A stretch of DNA of 64,000 nucleotides from a virus. Taxonomy: Duplodnaviria > Caudoviricetes. Both the position numbers and the translations under genes were made by a program. This document shows, piece after piece, positions 37,625-47,055 of this stretch. Within the stretch, counting starts at the first letter, position 1. Each line of letters opens with the position of its first letter. Under the pieces are notes generated by a model. It was not told the DNA's origin and did no database searches. It saw only the letters and a list, made by a program, of their open reading frames with translations. The stretch is taken from positions 22,210-86,209 of IMG/VR virus record IMGVR_UViG_2935109043_000001. One strand, given 5' to 3'.

Positions 37625-37935
37625 CACAATCGCTGCTCCCTTGCTTGCGTCAGCCTCAGGACGGCTGACTGGATTGCCAAGGGGGTGAGCGCTTGTGCGA
37701 GAGTCACCTTACTGCGCCTCACCCGCACCGACCGACCGTGCACGGCCCGTCAGGCGCCTTAGTGCGCAGTCCAGTTGCTGCGAGTCCCGTTGTCGGGCTG
37801 CGAACCCCTCTGGGATACCAGTGAGATCGTCGGGGCCCTGCTGGTGAGGCCGCTTTCGAACTGCGCGCAACGGCTCTGTTGAGTTCACTCGTTCGGGTTA
37901 AAGGGGCGGGCGAATCTTCTGTGCTGCTCCTGGGA

Positions 37936-37985
37936 GGCAACGCTGCCCATGTCGGCCCGTACCCTGATCAGTAGGCGCGGGGCCT
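37936..37985 (+). promoter_or_regulatory. Late promoter motif plus 13-mer box upstream of the portal
   Basis: GGCAAC-N18-TACCCT, then AGGCGCGGGGCCT. Confidence 0.65.
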
Positions 37986-38005
37986 GATCATGGAGGGACT
38001 CTCCA

Positions 38006-39814
38006 GTGGGCCTCATCTCCGGAGCCCGGCAACTCGTGATCGACGCGTGGAGCTGGCTGAACTACAAGCCGATCTACGCCGACACCCGAGGCATGCCCCA
38101 CCGTCGGGCTTTCCCCGAGGCCGCCGCCACCTGGGTGCCAGCCGCCGACGAACGACGACTTGCCGCGTACAAGCTCCTCGCTGCGTACACCAGCAACCAG
38201 GCCGGCGAGCTCGCCGCCCTCCGCGACGGCGACGAGGCCCGTGACCGGCGGGAATTCGGCGACCCGTCCATGTTCGTCGACACCCTCGTCGCTCACGTCC
38301 TCGGCGACGGGCAGCGCATCGTCGTCCCCGGCGCCGAAGCCGACGACGACAGCACCGACGAGCAAGCCGTCCGCGTGCAGACCCTCCTCCGCGACTGGGC
38401 GGAACGCGAACTCCTCCCCATGCGGATGCTCCAGACCGAGCAGAAGGCCGTGCCGCTCGGCGACGGCGTGTACCTCCTCCACTGGGACCAGGACAAGCGT
38501 CGCGTCCGCGTCCGCACCTACGACCCGGGCTTCTACTTCCCGGTCCTTCCCGAGGACGGCGACGGATCTGACTATCCCGAGCGTGTGCACCTCGCCTGGG
38601 AGCTGCCTGAGGACCCGAAGCGGGGCGTGAAGGCGCGGGTGCGCCGCATCACCTACGAACTTGGATGGATCGAACAGGGCGAGAGGGATGTAGTCCGAGG
38701 TGGCCTCGAAGACGCCGACAGTGACCAAGAGCCCTCGGTGCAGCCGCGGCAGTACCCGTGGAACGACGAGCCGTCCTACCGCACCTGCTACCTGACCGAC
38801 GCGACGTGGGAGCTCGGCGACCTCACCGGGCCCGTCGATGTCGACTCCCTGCCGATGGACCGTGCTTCCTTCGCGGAAGGCGTGGATGGTGTGGTACTCG
38901 ACCGACGCGACCTCATGATCGATTTCGTGCCGCTTATCCACGTCCCCAACACCGTCCCCCCGGCCGAGGAGCACTGGGGGCAGTCCAGCCTCGCCAAGGC
39001 CCTCCAGGTCTTCGACGAGCTCGCCGGCGCCGACACCGACTCGTCCCGCGCGTCCGCGACGACCGGATCGCCGATCATCCACCTGTCCGGCAAGGCCGCC
39101 TCCGGCCGCAACCAGCTCGCCGTCGGCCCCGGCATGATCCTGGAGACTGGCGAAGGGGGGCGCATGGACACCGTCAACACCGCCCCGCAGCTTCAGGAAC
39201 TCCGCAGCCACCGCGCCGACCTCGCCGACCGGGCCGCGGCCGTCGTTCGTCTCCCCGCTGTAGCCCTCGGCACCCTCGACCCCACTAAGGTCCCCTCCGG
39301 CTACGCCCTCGCCCTGTCCCTCGGGCCCCTCGACTCTCTGATCTCCTCGATGCGTCTCGCCCGCGCGCACAAGGACCAGCTGCTCCTCAAGTTCGTGCAG
39401 CGCCTTCACCTCGCTGGGCAGCATCCCGAATGGGAAGGCGTCACCCCGCAGCCGGCGATCCTCGTCCGCGGCCCCTACACGCCCACCGACCAGGCCGCCG
39501 TGCTGGAGCAGGTCACCACCGGAGTCGCCGGGGGAGTGCTTTCCCTGGAGACGGGGGTGCGGATGCTGCAAGAGGCCGGCTACCCGATCGAGGACACCGA
39601 GCAGGAGATACGGCAGATCGAGTCCCGCGCGTTTGCCGCGGCGAAGGATTTGGCGGATGCCCTCGGTAACGCCACCGCGGTCGCTGAGTTCCTCGACCGC
39701 AAGGCCCCCGAGGCTGAGGAGGCGCCCGACGTTCGACTCCCGCCGATCCCCGCCAACGCGGCCGAGGCCGACGCCGCCGACCCCCTCCAGGACGGCGACG
39801 ACGATGAGGCGTAA
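38006..39814 (+). CDS. Portal protein
   Basis: Position after terminase; 602 aa; GDGVY, IHVPN, WGQSSL, SGYAL motifs; RBS GGAGG. Confidence 0.85.
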   Translation: MGLISGARQLVIDAWSWLNYKPIYADTRGMPHRRAFPEAAATWVPAADERRLAAYKLLAAYTSNQAGELAALRDGDEARDRREFGDPSMFVDTLVAHVLGDGQRIVVPGAEADDDSTDEQAVRVQTLLRDWAERELLPMRMLQTEQKAVPLGDGVYLLHWDQDKRRVRVRTYDPGFYFPVLPEDGDGSDYPERVHLAWELPEDPKRGVKARVRRITYELGWIEQGERDVVRGGLEDADSDQEPSVQPRQYPWNDEPSYRTCYLTDATWELGDLTGPVDVDSLPMDRASFAEGVDGVVLDRRDLMIDFVPLIHVPNTVPPAEEHWGQSSLAKALQVFDELAGADTDSSRASATTGSPIIHLSGKAASGRNQLAVGPGMILETGEGGRMDTVNTAPQLQELRSHRADLADRAAAVVRLPAVALGTLDPTKVPSGYALALSLGPLDSLISSMRLARAHKDQLLLKFVQRLHLAGQHPEWEGVTPQPAILVRGPYTPTDQAAVLEQVTTGVAGGVLSLETGVRMLQEAGYPIEDTEQEIRQIESRAFAAAKDLADALGNATAVAEFLDRKAPEAEEAPDVRLPPIPANAAEADAADPLQDGDDDEA

Positions 39815-39823
39815 CCGGGCAGG

Positions 39824-39872
39824 GGCAACACCTCCCGCATCTTGTGCTTTCCTTGATCTAGGCGCGGGGCCT
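39824..39872 (+). promoter_or_regulatory. Late promoter motif plus 13-mer box upstream of the scaffold
   Basis: GGCAAC-N18-TTTCCT, then AGGCGCGGGGCCT. Confidence 0.55.
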
Positions 39873-39896
39873 GACTGTCCGGGAGGACTCGGCACT

Positions 39897-40613
39897 ATGC
39901 GTCGCCCCACGCACCCCCGCCACACCACGACCGCCTGGGCGCACCCGTACAGCGGACTCGCCAGCATGTTCGTGTGCTACGCCGACGGCGGCGACCCGCC
40001 GACCCCCGCACCGCAGGCCCCCAAGCCCGCACCCCCGGCCGAGCCGGTACAGGTCACCGTCACCCAGGAAGACCTCGCCAAGCTCGCCGCCAAGGAGAAG
40101 GACCAGGGGCGCCGCGCCGGCGCCAAGGCCGCCCTGGAGGACTTCGCCACCGAACACGGCTTCAGCAACGTGGACGACGCCAAGGCGTTCATCGCCGCCG
40201 CCCGCCAGGCGCAGGAAGCCGCCCTGTCCGAGCAGGAGAAGCGCGAGAAGGCCCTCGCCGAACGTGAGGCCGCCGCCGAAGCCCGCGAGCAGGCAGCCCT
40301 CGCCCGCGAGCGTGTCGCCTCCCGCCGTGCGCTCCTCGCCGGCCTCGGCGCCACCGGCGACGACCTCGACGACGCCACCCAGCTCCTCCGCGCCGACGAC
40401 GACGCCGACGACGCGGCACTCACCGCCGCAGCCGAAGCCCTCAAGGCCCGCCGGCCCGAGCTGTTCGGCGTCCCCCCGACCTCGCAGGGACTCCCGGCCG
40501 CCCCCTCCGGCGGCCCCGCAGGAGGACCCCCCGCACGCCAGACCCCCGTCGGCAAGCCCGGCGACCGCGGACGCGAAATGCTCCGCCGCCGCGGCAAGCT
40601 CCCCGCCGCCTAA
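39897..40613 (+). CDS. Capsid scaffolding protein
   Basis: TQEDL; LSEQEK; Ala/Glu coiled coil; RPELF. Confidence 0.8.
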   Translation: MRRPTHPRHTTTAWAHPYSGLASMFVCYADGGDPPTPAPQAPKPAPPAEPVQVTVTQEDLAKLAAKEKDQGRRAGAKAALEDFATEHGFSNVDDAKAFIAAARQAQEAALSEQEKREKALAEREAAAEAREQAALARERVASRRALLAGLGATGDDLDDATQLLRADDDADDAALTAAAEALKARRPELFGVPPTSQGLPAAPSGGPAGGPPARQTPVGKPGDRGREMLRRRGKLPAA

Positions 40614-40710
40614 AGCCGCACCACCGCACAACGGGACCACGCCCCTCTCCTCGTGGACGCGCCACCACCGGTGACGCCGCACCCACAGCACAACCCTTGA
40701 GGAGAGGGCC

Positions 40711-41460
40711 GTGAACGACTTCCAGCCCATGACCGTCCTTCAGGAGGAAGCCACCGCCGACCGGCCGTGGCTCGCCTCCCTCGTCGGCACCAACGACACC
40801 AACACCATCGCCCTCGACCTGACGAAGTTCGTTGAGGGCGTCCACTACGAGCGCGGCACCTTCGGGCAGCCCCGTAACGTCCTCAAGTCCGGGCTCCCCC
40901 TCGGCAAGGTCACCGCCAGCGGCCTCTACGCCCCCTACGCGGGACCCACCAGCGAAGTCCAGACCGTCACCGTCACCGGCTCCCCGACCGGCGGCACCTA
41001 CACCCTCACGTTCTCCGGGCAGACCACCGCCGGCATCCCGTACAACGCGACGGCCGCCCAGGTGAAGACGGCCCTGGAAGCCCTGTCCAACATCAACCCC
41101 GGCGACGTCGCCGTCACCGGCGGACCGCACCCGGCCACCCCCGTCGTCGTCACGTTCACCGGCCAGTACATGGGCGACGACCAGGCCCAGATGACCGCCT
41201 CGGCGACGAACCTGACCGGCGGCACCAGCCCCGCCGTCACCGTCACCACCACCACGGCAGGCGGCGGCGCCGGCGCCAGCGACGGCACTCAGGTCTTCGC
41301 CGGGTTCCTCGCCACCGAGTCCCTCTTCGCGCCCGGCTCCACCAAGACCTCCGGAGCGCTCCTGTGGTTCGGCGAGGTCTTCGCCGCCAAGTGCCCCATC
41401 CCGCTCGACCCCACCGACATCACCGACACCGCTCCCGGCGTCAACATCCACTTCCGGTAA
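40711..41460 (+). CDS. Head decoration protein with inserted Thr/Gly-rich beta domain
   Basis: SGLPLGKVTASGLYAPY; EVQTVTVTGSPTGGTYTLTF insert; FAGFL. Confidence 0.8.
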   Translation: MNDFQPMTVLQEEATADRPWLASLVGTNDTNTIALDLTKFVEGVHYERGTFGQPRNVLKSGLPLGKVTASGLYAPYAGPTSEVQTVTVTGSPTGGTYTLTFSGQTTAGIPYNATAAQVKTALEALSNINPGDVAVTGGPHPATPVVVTFTGQYMGDDQAQMTASATNLTGGTSPAVTVTTTTAGGGAGASDGTQVFAGFLATESLFAPGSTKTSGALLWFGEVFAAKCPIPLDPTDITDTAPGVNIHFR

Positions 41461-41475
41461 GGAGCCCACCCAGCC

Positions 41476-42531
41476 ATGAGCACCACTCTCGACAGGCTCC
41501 TCCAGAACGTCACGCCGGAGGACATCAACGCCTATATCAACGGTCTGCCCACTCCGAACACGTACGCCCTCACGCAGAGCGTCATCCCGGAGCGGAAGAT
41601 CTACGGGCCGAAGTTCCGCATCGAGTCGAACAAGCGCCGCGTCAACGCCGCGAAGTTCCGCGCCTTCGACACCCCGCACGCGCTGGCGAGGCGCCAGGCC
41701 GAGCGGGTCGTCAACGAGGGCATGCTGCCCCCGGTCGGCCAGACCCTGGAGATGGGGGAGCTGTCCCTGATCCTCCACCACGCCCGCCGCGGCGCCGACG
41801 ACCAGGAGTTCATCGACGCCCTGTACGACGACCTGGAGCGTCACTTCACCTCCATCAAGACGGCCATGGAGATCGCCGCCGGTGAACTCCTCGCCACCGG
41901 CGTCGTCAACCTCCCGGGCGTCGGACTCGACGTCAACTGGAACGTCCCCACGGAGAACAAGCCCGTCGCGGCCACCCCGTGGGACCAGGCCGGCGCCACC
42001 CCGCTCACCGACGAGATGGCGTGGATTCGCTACCTCAAGAGCGTCGGCGCGCCGCGTCCCGCCCGGGTCATCACCTCCGAGCGTGCCGCGTCGGTACTGG
42101 CGTCGAACCTGGAGTACCGGACGGCGTTCTGGAACTCCTCCAGCCCGGAGACCACCCCCTCCGCGACGCTGTCCCCGCCGGACGTCAACGCCGTTCGTGC
42201 CCGCTGGAACCTGCCGCCCATCGAGATCTACGACGAGCAGGTCTGGTCCGACGACCAGTACATCCGCACGACCCCCGAGTCGCTGTGGGCCATGGTCCCG
42301 CCGAACCCGGAGCAGTGGGCGCAGACCCAGTACGGCGTCACCGCGGAGCAGGACAACCTGGACTCGACCGGGAACCCCGGCCTGGAGGCGTCCCGCGAGC
42401 CGGGCATGTACGTCTCCTACGAGAAGAAGTCCAACCCGGTGCAGTTCTCGACGACGGCGAACGCGGTGGCGATGCCGGTGCTGTACGTGCCGAACTTCCA
42501 CATCAGCGCCACCGTCCTGTCGGAGGACTGA
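41476..42531 (+). CDS. Major capsid protein
   Basis: 351 aa; AKFRAFD, MLPPVGQ, AVAMPVL; position. Confidence 0.9.
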   Translation: MSTTLDRLLQNVTPEDINAYINGLPTPNTYALTQSVIPERKIYGPKFRIESNKRRVNAAKFRAFDTPHALARRQAERVVNEGMLPPVGQTLEMGELSLILHHARRGADDQEFIDALYDDLERHFTSIKTAMEIAAGELLATGVVNLPGVGLDVNWNVPTENKPVAATPWDQAGATPLTDEMAWIRYLKSVGAPRPARVITSERAASVLASNLEYRTAFWNSSSPETTPSATLSPPDVNAVRARWNLPPIEIYDEQVWSDDQYIRTTPESLWAMVPPNPEQWAQTQYGVTAEQDNLDSTGNPGLEASREPGMYVSYEKKSNPVQFSTTANAVAMPVLYVPNFHISATVLSED

Positions 42532-42534
42532 TCC

Positions 42535-42807
42535 ATGCCGAAGCTGATCAGGTCCGTGTTCGTCCGGGACCCAGCCAAGCACCGTGACGTGCTGCTGCGT
42601 GCCGGCGAGGAGCCGTCGCCGGAGCTGGCCGCGCTCGTCAAGAACCCCGCCTGCTGGGAGGACGGTGAGGTGCCCACCTCTCCCGAGCCCAGCAAGGCGG
42701 AGGAGTCCGTCGCCGATGGCGACTCCAAGCAGGCCACCCGCAAGGTGGCCGCGAAGCCGGCCCGGGGCCGGAAGGCCGCCGACGCTGAGGGAGACGGCGG
42801 CCAGTAG
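42535..42807 (+). CDS. Small head-associated protein
   Basis: Directly after capsid; LVKNPACW. Confidence 0.7.
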   Translation: MPKLIRSVFVRDPAKHRDVLLRAGEEPSPELAALVKNPACWEDGEVPTSPEPSKAEESVADGDSKQATRKVAAKPARGRKAADAEGDGGQ

Positions 42808-42898
42808 GTAGACGTGGTGCGGGCCCTGCATGCCGGTGGGGCGCCGGTGGGGCCCGCATCCGTCCCCCTTCCCCTACTTGCCCGGATCGGAGGGCCCT

Positions 42899-43228
42899 GT
42901 GAATCCCGATGTGACTGCTTGGCTTCTCTCCCAGCTCGGGCCGACGACTGACCTTGCTGACCTTCAGGCCCGCTATGTGCGGTTGGGGTCGGGGCGGGCG
43001 GTTGCGGTTGAGGTGCTGCGGGAGCGGCTGGCTGTGCTGCTGGCGTCACCGGGTTCGGTGGCCGTGTCCGGCGTCGTCTCGGTCAGTTTCAGCGAGAACA
43101 TCAAGGCGTACGAACGGCAGATCGCCTCCCTCGAAGCCGGTGACCCGCCCGCCCCCGACGACCCCGACCCCGGCGTGGACCCGGACTCGTGGTCTGTGGT
43201 GCAGCTCGTAGAGCGGCCCCGCCGATGA
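42899..43228 (+). CDS. Head-tail adaptor-like protein
   Basis: RBS GGAGGG; position. Confidence 0.6.
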   Translation: MNPDVTAWLLSQLGPTTDLADLQARYVRLGSGRAVAVEVLRERLAVLLASPGSVAVSGVVSVSFSENIKAYERQIASLEAGDPPAPDDPDPGVDPDSWSVVQLVERPRR

Positions 43229-44064
43229 GCACCCCCGTCCGCCGTGGCCGTGCCCGCAGCCTTCGCGCCCGGCTCCTCGCCCTCATCACGGAGGCGGTCG
43301 GTCGTCTGACGGCGGCGTGGCGCATCCTGTCGACCGCCCAGACACGGCTCCTCGACGCGCTGGCCCGCATCCGGCCCGGCGGCCGAGCGAGGTCGGCGAC
43401 GCAGGAAGCGGTGCGGTTGTTCCAGCGGGCACTGGCCTCCTTCGACCGTGCCGTCGCCGCGTTCGTAGAGCGGTGGGCGAGCACCGATCTGCCGCTCGTG
43501 TACCGGGAGGGTGCCCTGTCGATGCTGGACATCGCGGACCGCCCGTATTCGACGTGGTCGTGGACGGCGCGGCATCAGGCGCGGATCACGGGCACGTCAG
43601 CGCAGTATTACGCGGACCTGATGGGCCGCCTCCAGGAGGCTCTGCGCCGGGCCCGCGCGTTCCTCCGCGCGGCTCAGGATGAGGCTCGGCGTCCGGATGG
43701 TCGTTTCGACCCGCAGGCTCTGCGCCGCGAGCACCCGCTCGACACCGTGGTGTACGCCGACAACGCCCGCCATCCGGTCGAGTCGTGGGCGCGGTCCGCC
43801 TTGTCGTGGCAGGCCGTCACGACCGCCAACACGGGGGCGGCGCAGACCGCCTTCGACCAGCTTGGCTGTACCCACGTGCAGGTCCGGGACGGCCGCGACT
43901 GCGGCTGGGCGTCACACCGGGACCCGGACCGCGCGCACGGCTCCCTCCGGACTGTGGAAGACGCCCTCGCCCACCCCATCGCCCACCCGAACTGCCAGAG
44001 GGAGCTTCGCCCGTACTTCGCTCCCGGCACCCGGCCCCGACTCGCCCCAGGAGGCACCACATGA
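43225..44064 (+). CDS. Minor head morphogenesis protein (MuF/gp7-like)
   Basis: DGRDCGW...HPIAHPNCQR. Confidence 0.8.
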   Translation: MSTPVRRGRARSLRARLLALITEAVGRLTAAWRILSTAQTRLLDALARIRPGGRARSATQEAVRLFQRALASFDRAVAAFVERWASTDLPLVYREGALSMLDIADRPYSTWSWTARHQARITGTSAQYYADLMGRLQEALRRARAFLRAAQDEARRPDGRFDPQALRREHPLDTVVYADNARHPVESWARSALSWQAVTTANTGAAQTAFDQLGCTHVQVRDGRDCGWASHRDPDRAHGSLRTVEDALAHPIAHPNCQRELRPYFAPGTRPRLAPGGTT

Positions 44065-44663
44065 CCCGCGTCTACATCGAAGCGAAGACCTTCACGGACA
44101 CCGAAGATCCGAGTGGCCCTACGAGGAAGCTGCTCAGCCTCGGCATGGCTTCTGACGACGGCCGCACCCTGTACGCCGTTAACGATGAAGCCGCCATCTG
44201 CGCGCTGCTCATCACCGAGGCGAACACGCCCGCCTTCCAAGCGCTACCCCTCAAGCAAGACCCCGTTGCCCTGGACCTCTCCGACCCCGACGTGTTCCCC
44301 TTCGAAGAGATCCACGACATGTTCCGGAAGTTCCTCGCGGACACCGAGGACCCCGAGCTGTGGTCCCGGGAAGGGCAGCGAGACCAGCACGTCATCCGGG
44401 AGGTGTTCGGCTACTACACCGAGGCCATGTATCCCCCGGGCTTCCCTGCCTGGATCGCCAGCGTCTCTGAACGCTGTGCTCGTCTGAACGCCGCCTCCGC
44501 TGAGCGATCGCCCAGGACGCTGGACCAGGCGCTGCCCATCCCGGAACGCCACGGCGCTCGACGCCATCACGCCTTCGTCAACGCGTACGACCTGATGCGG
44601 CGTATGCACCGAGCGGATGAGGTGGAGCAGAGCCTTGCCGTTGCCCCCGAGGCGGCGGCATGA
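44061..44663 (+). CDS. Divergent Rv2179c/RNase AS-like 3'-5' exonuclease paralog (degenerate motif I)
   Basis: YIEAKT...LLSLGMASDDGRTLYAVN...PELW...HHAFVNA. Confidence 0.7.
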   Translation: MTRVYIEAKTFTDTEDPSGPTRKLLSLGMASDDGRTLYAVNDEAAICALLITEANTPAFQALPLKQDPVALDLSDPDVFPFEEIHDMFRKFLADTEDPELWSREGQRDQHVIREVFGYYTEAMYPPGFPAWIASVSERCARLNAASAERSPRTLDQALPIPERHGARRHHAFVNAYDLMRRMHRADEVEQSLAVAPEAAA

Positions 44664-44705
44664 CCGCCCCCGGCACCCGGCCCCGACTCGCCTAGGAGGC
44701 ACCAC

Positions 44706-45275
44706 ATGAACCTGTTCTACGACCTGGAGTTCCTGGAGAACGGCCGCACCATCGACCTCATCTCCATCGGCATGGTCACCGCCGACGGCCGCGAGTACTA
44801 CGCGGTCAACTCCGACGCCCCCTGGGACCGCATCAATAATCACCCGTGGCTCATGCGAAACGTGTGGCCGCACTTGCCCCTCCGCGGCCACAAGAGCGGA
44901 CTCGTCACGGTCGGCGGCACGACCGAAGTCCAGCTCACCACCCCTGGGGTTGTCGATACGAGCGACACCCAGGTGAGGCCGCACTGGGTCATCGCCAATG
45001 AGGTGCGCGACTTCATCCAGGCCGCCGGGCCCGACGTCGAGCTGTGGGCGAACTACGGCGCCTACGACCACGTCTGCCTCGCCCAGCTCTGGGGCCGCAT
45101 GATCGGCCTGCCCGAGGGCGTCCCCATGTTCACCCATGACATTCAGCAGGAGGCCCGGCGCCAAGGGTTGAGGTGGGACGACCTGCCGCAGCAGGAGTCT
45201 GGCGAGCACAACGCGCTCGCGGACGCTCGCCACAACCAGAGGCTTCACCGCTGGCTCAAAGAGCGAGACGCATGA
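44706..45275 (+). CDS. Rv2179c/RNase AS-like DEDDh 3'-5' exoribonuclease
   Basis: FYDLEF; LISIGMV; ELWANYGAYDHV; EHNALADA. Confidence 0.9.
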   Translation: MNLFYDLEFLENGRTIDLISIGMVTADGREYYAVNSDAPWDRINNHPWLMRNVWPHLPLRGHKSGLVTVGGTTEVQLTTPGVVDTSDTQVRPHWVIANEVRDFIQAAGPDVELWANYGAYDHVCLAQLWGRMIGLPEGVPMFTHDIQQEARRQGLRWDDLPQQESGEHNALADARHNQRLHRWLKERDA

Positions 45276-45324
45276 CCGCCCCCGGCACCCGGCCCCGACT
45301 CGCCTCACGAGACTAGGAGAGACC

Positions 45325-45846
45325 ATGAACATGAAGACGGTCCTCGTCCCCACCGATGCAGACCTGGAAGACGCCGCACGCACCTCTTACGAGAGGCGAC
45401 TCCAGCGGCTCAAGGACCGCGACCAGGCCGCCGACTGGCCCACCTGGGACAACCTCGACCAGACGCACCGCGACGACGAGATCGCCAAGATGCGAGCCGC
45501 ACACATCGCGGGCCCCCACATCGCCGAACGGCTCGGGCTCCGCTCCTACTCTGCGATGATCACCGTGCCCGAGATCGGTCAGACCGTCATCTACGAGGGA
45601 TGGCCTGCGGTCGTCACCATGACCCGCGACTCGGCCATGTACGCGGCGGAACCGCTGGCGGCACGCACGGCGCTACCGGAACTGCGGACGGACCTGCATG
45701 TTCACCTGCACGTCCTGTCTGCGCTGGGCCCGCGCCCCGCCTACGCCGTGGACCACGGCGCCGACGGATGGCTGTGGCCGTACGAGGCAGCCACCGAGCG
45801 GGAGCGCTTCAACCCAAAGGGCACCCGTTCTGGTGCGGCAGCATGA
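45325..45846 (+). CDS. Hypothetical protein (third cassette)
   Basis: RBS AGGAG; PEIGQTVIY...PAVVT. Confidence 0.7.
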   Translation: MNMKTVLVPTDADLEDAARTSYERRLQRLKDRDQAADWPTWDNLDQTHRDDEIAKMRAAHIAGPHIAERLGLRSYSAMITVPEIGQTVIYEGWPAVVTMTRDSAMYAAEPLAARTALPELRTDLHVHLHVLSALGPRPAYAVDHGADGWLWPYEAATERERFNPKGTRSGAAA

Positions 45847-46226
45847 CCGCCTCCGGCATGAGCGAGCCGCTCCGTGAGGTCAGCATCACCACCGACGGCA
45901 TCACCGCCAACCTCACCCTCAACGGCACCAACATCACCCCCATGGTGCAGGGCTACACCATCGAGCACCGCGGCGGACAAGCCCCCATCGTCGCCCTCCA
46001 CGCCACACCCCACCGCGAAGGCGTCGCCTTCGAAGGGCTCGCCCGCGTCGTCCTCGCCGACCACGACCAAGACCCCGCCGACACCATCGCCGCCTACCTC
46101 GGCAGCATCGACCCCGCCGCCCTCCAACGCGCCGCCCTCGACCGCGACGACCTCGGCGACGGCAAAACCGACACCACCCGCGCGATTCTCCGCCAGCTCA
46201 TCGACTGGGCACAGGGGAGCACCTGA
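45843..46226 (+). CDS. Hypothetical structural-region protein
   Basis: ATGA overlap; GC3 bias. Confidence 0.7.
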   Translation: MTASGMSEPLREVSITTDGITANLTLNGTNITPMVQGYTIEHRGGQAPIVALHATPHREGVAFEGLARVVLADHDQDPADTIAAYLGSIDPAALQRAALDRDDLGDGKTDTTRAILRQLIDWAQGST

Positions 46227-46672
46227 TGGCCGGACTCGACCAAGCCCTCGCCGGAGTCGTCACCTGGATCGGCACCAACCTGCTGATCGACACCGTCGGC
46301 GTCACCGTGCCCGCCAGCGGACCGCCCGTCCTCGACCCGGCCACCGGCCACCTCATCTACCCCGACAACCTCGTCGTCTACGAGGGGCCCGGCGCGGTCA
46401 TCCCCGCCGGTGCGGCCGTCGACCGGTCGATGGTGCCCGACACGACCCTGCCGTGGGCAGCGCAGACCAAGTCCGCGTACATGCTGCTGACGCCGCTCAC
46501 CGGGCCCGTCCCGCCGGAGGGTGCCGTCGTCACCGTCACCGCCGTTCACGACCCGGCCCGCACCGCGCTCCTCGGCCGATCCTGGACGTGCGCAGACCCC
46601 AGCCAAGCCTCCACCGTCGAAGTCGTCCGCCGCACACCGCTGGACCAGAACCGGATACCGGAGGCAGCGTGA
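46226..46672 (+). CDS. Head-closure protein (DUF6093-like)
   Basis: VLDPATG...VYEGPG...DPARTALLGR. Confidence 0.75.
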   Translation: MAGLDQALAGVVTWIGTNLLIDTVGVTVPASGPPVLDPATGHLIYPDNLVVYEGPGAVIPAGAAVDRSMVPDTTLPWAAQTKSAYMLLTPLTGPVPPEGAVVTVTAVHDPARTALLGRSWTCADPSQASTVEVVRRTPLDQNRIPEAA

Positions 46673-47055
46673 CCCCCGACCAGCTCGCCGACCGCCTCGA
46701 AGCCGCCGCCGCCCGCGTCGGCCCCGCCGTCGAGCGGCACGTGGAGCACGCGGCGACGCTCGGCGCTGCCCGCATCCGCGCCAACGCCTCCGGCCGGCCG
46801 GGACCCAACGTCATCACCGGGGCGTACAGGGCGTCGTGGCGAACGACGAGCCGCAGCATCCCGCACGGTGCGACCTGCACCATCGGCACACACGCCCCGC
46901 AGGGCAGGCGCCTGGAGTTCGGCTTCTACGGGCCGGACAGCCTCGGCCGCGTCTACGCCCAGCCTCCCTTTGCCCACGTCGGCCCGGCCATTCCCGCGAT
47001 CGAGGCGGCTCTCCACGCAGGCATGGGTGACGCTGTCCGGGAGGTGTTGTCGTGA
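46669..47055 (+). CDS. HK97 gp10-like neck protein
   Basis: TGAYRASW...RRLEFGF...QPPFAH. Confidence 0.8.
   Translation: MTPDQLADRLEAAAARVGPAVERHVEHAATLGAARIRANASGRPGPNVITGAYRASWRTTSRSIPHGATCTIGTHAPQGRRLEFGFYGPDSLGRVYAQPPFAHVGPAIPAIEAALHAGMGDAVREVLS

Larger units (their letters stand above)
44023..45858 (+). repeat. Direct repeats delimiting three gene cassettes
   Basis: Identical 36-mers at 44658-44693 and 45270-45305; right part at 44023-44046; left part at 45841-45858. Confidence 0.88.

Noticed and set aside
37427-37762. 111-aa ORF between terminase and portal
   Set aside because: TTG start, no clear RBS, atypical codon bias and no motif.
44023-45858. CRISPR array (36-bp repeats)
   Set aside because: The spacers are ~570-bp whole genes and no cas genes are present.
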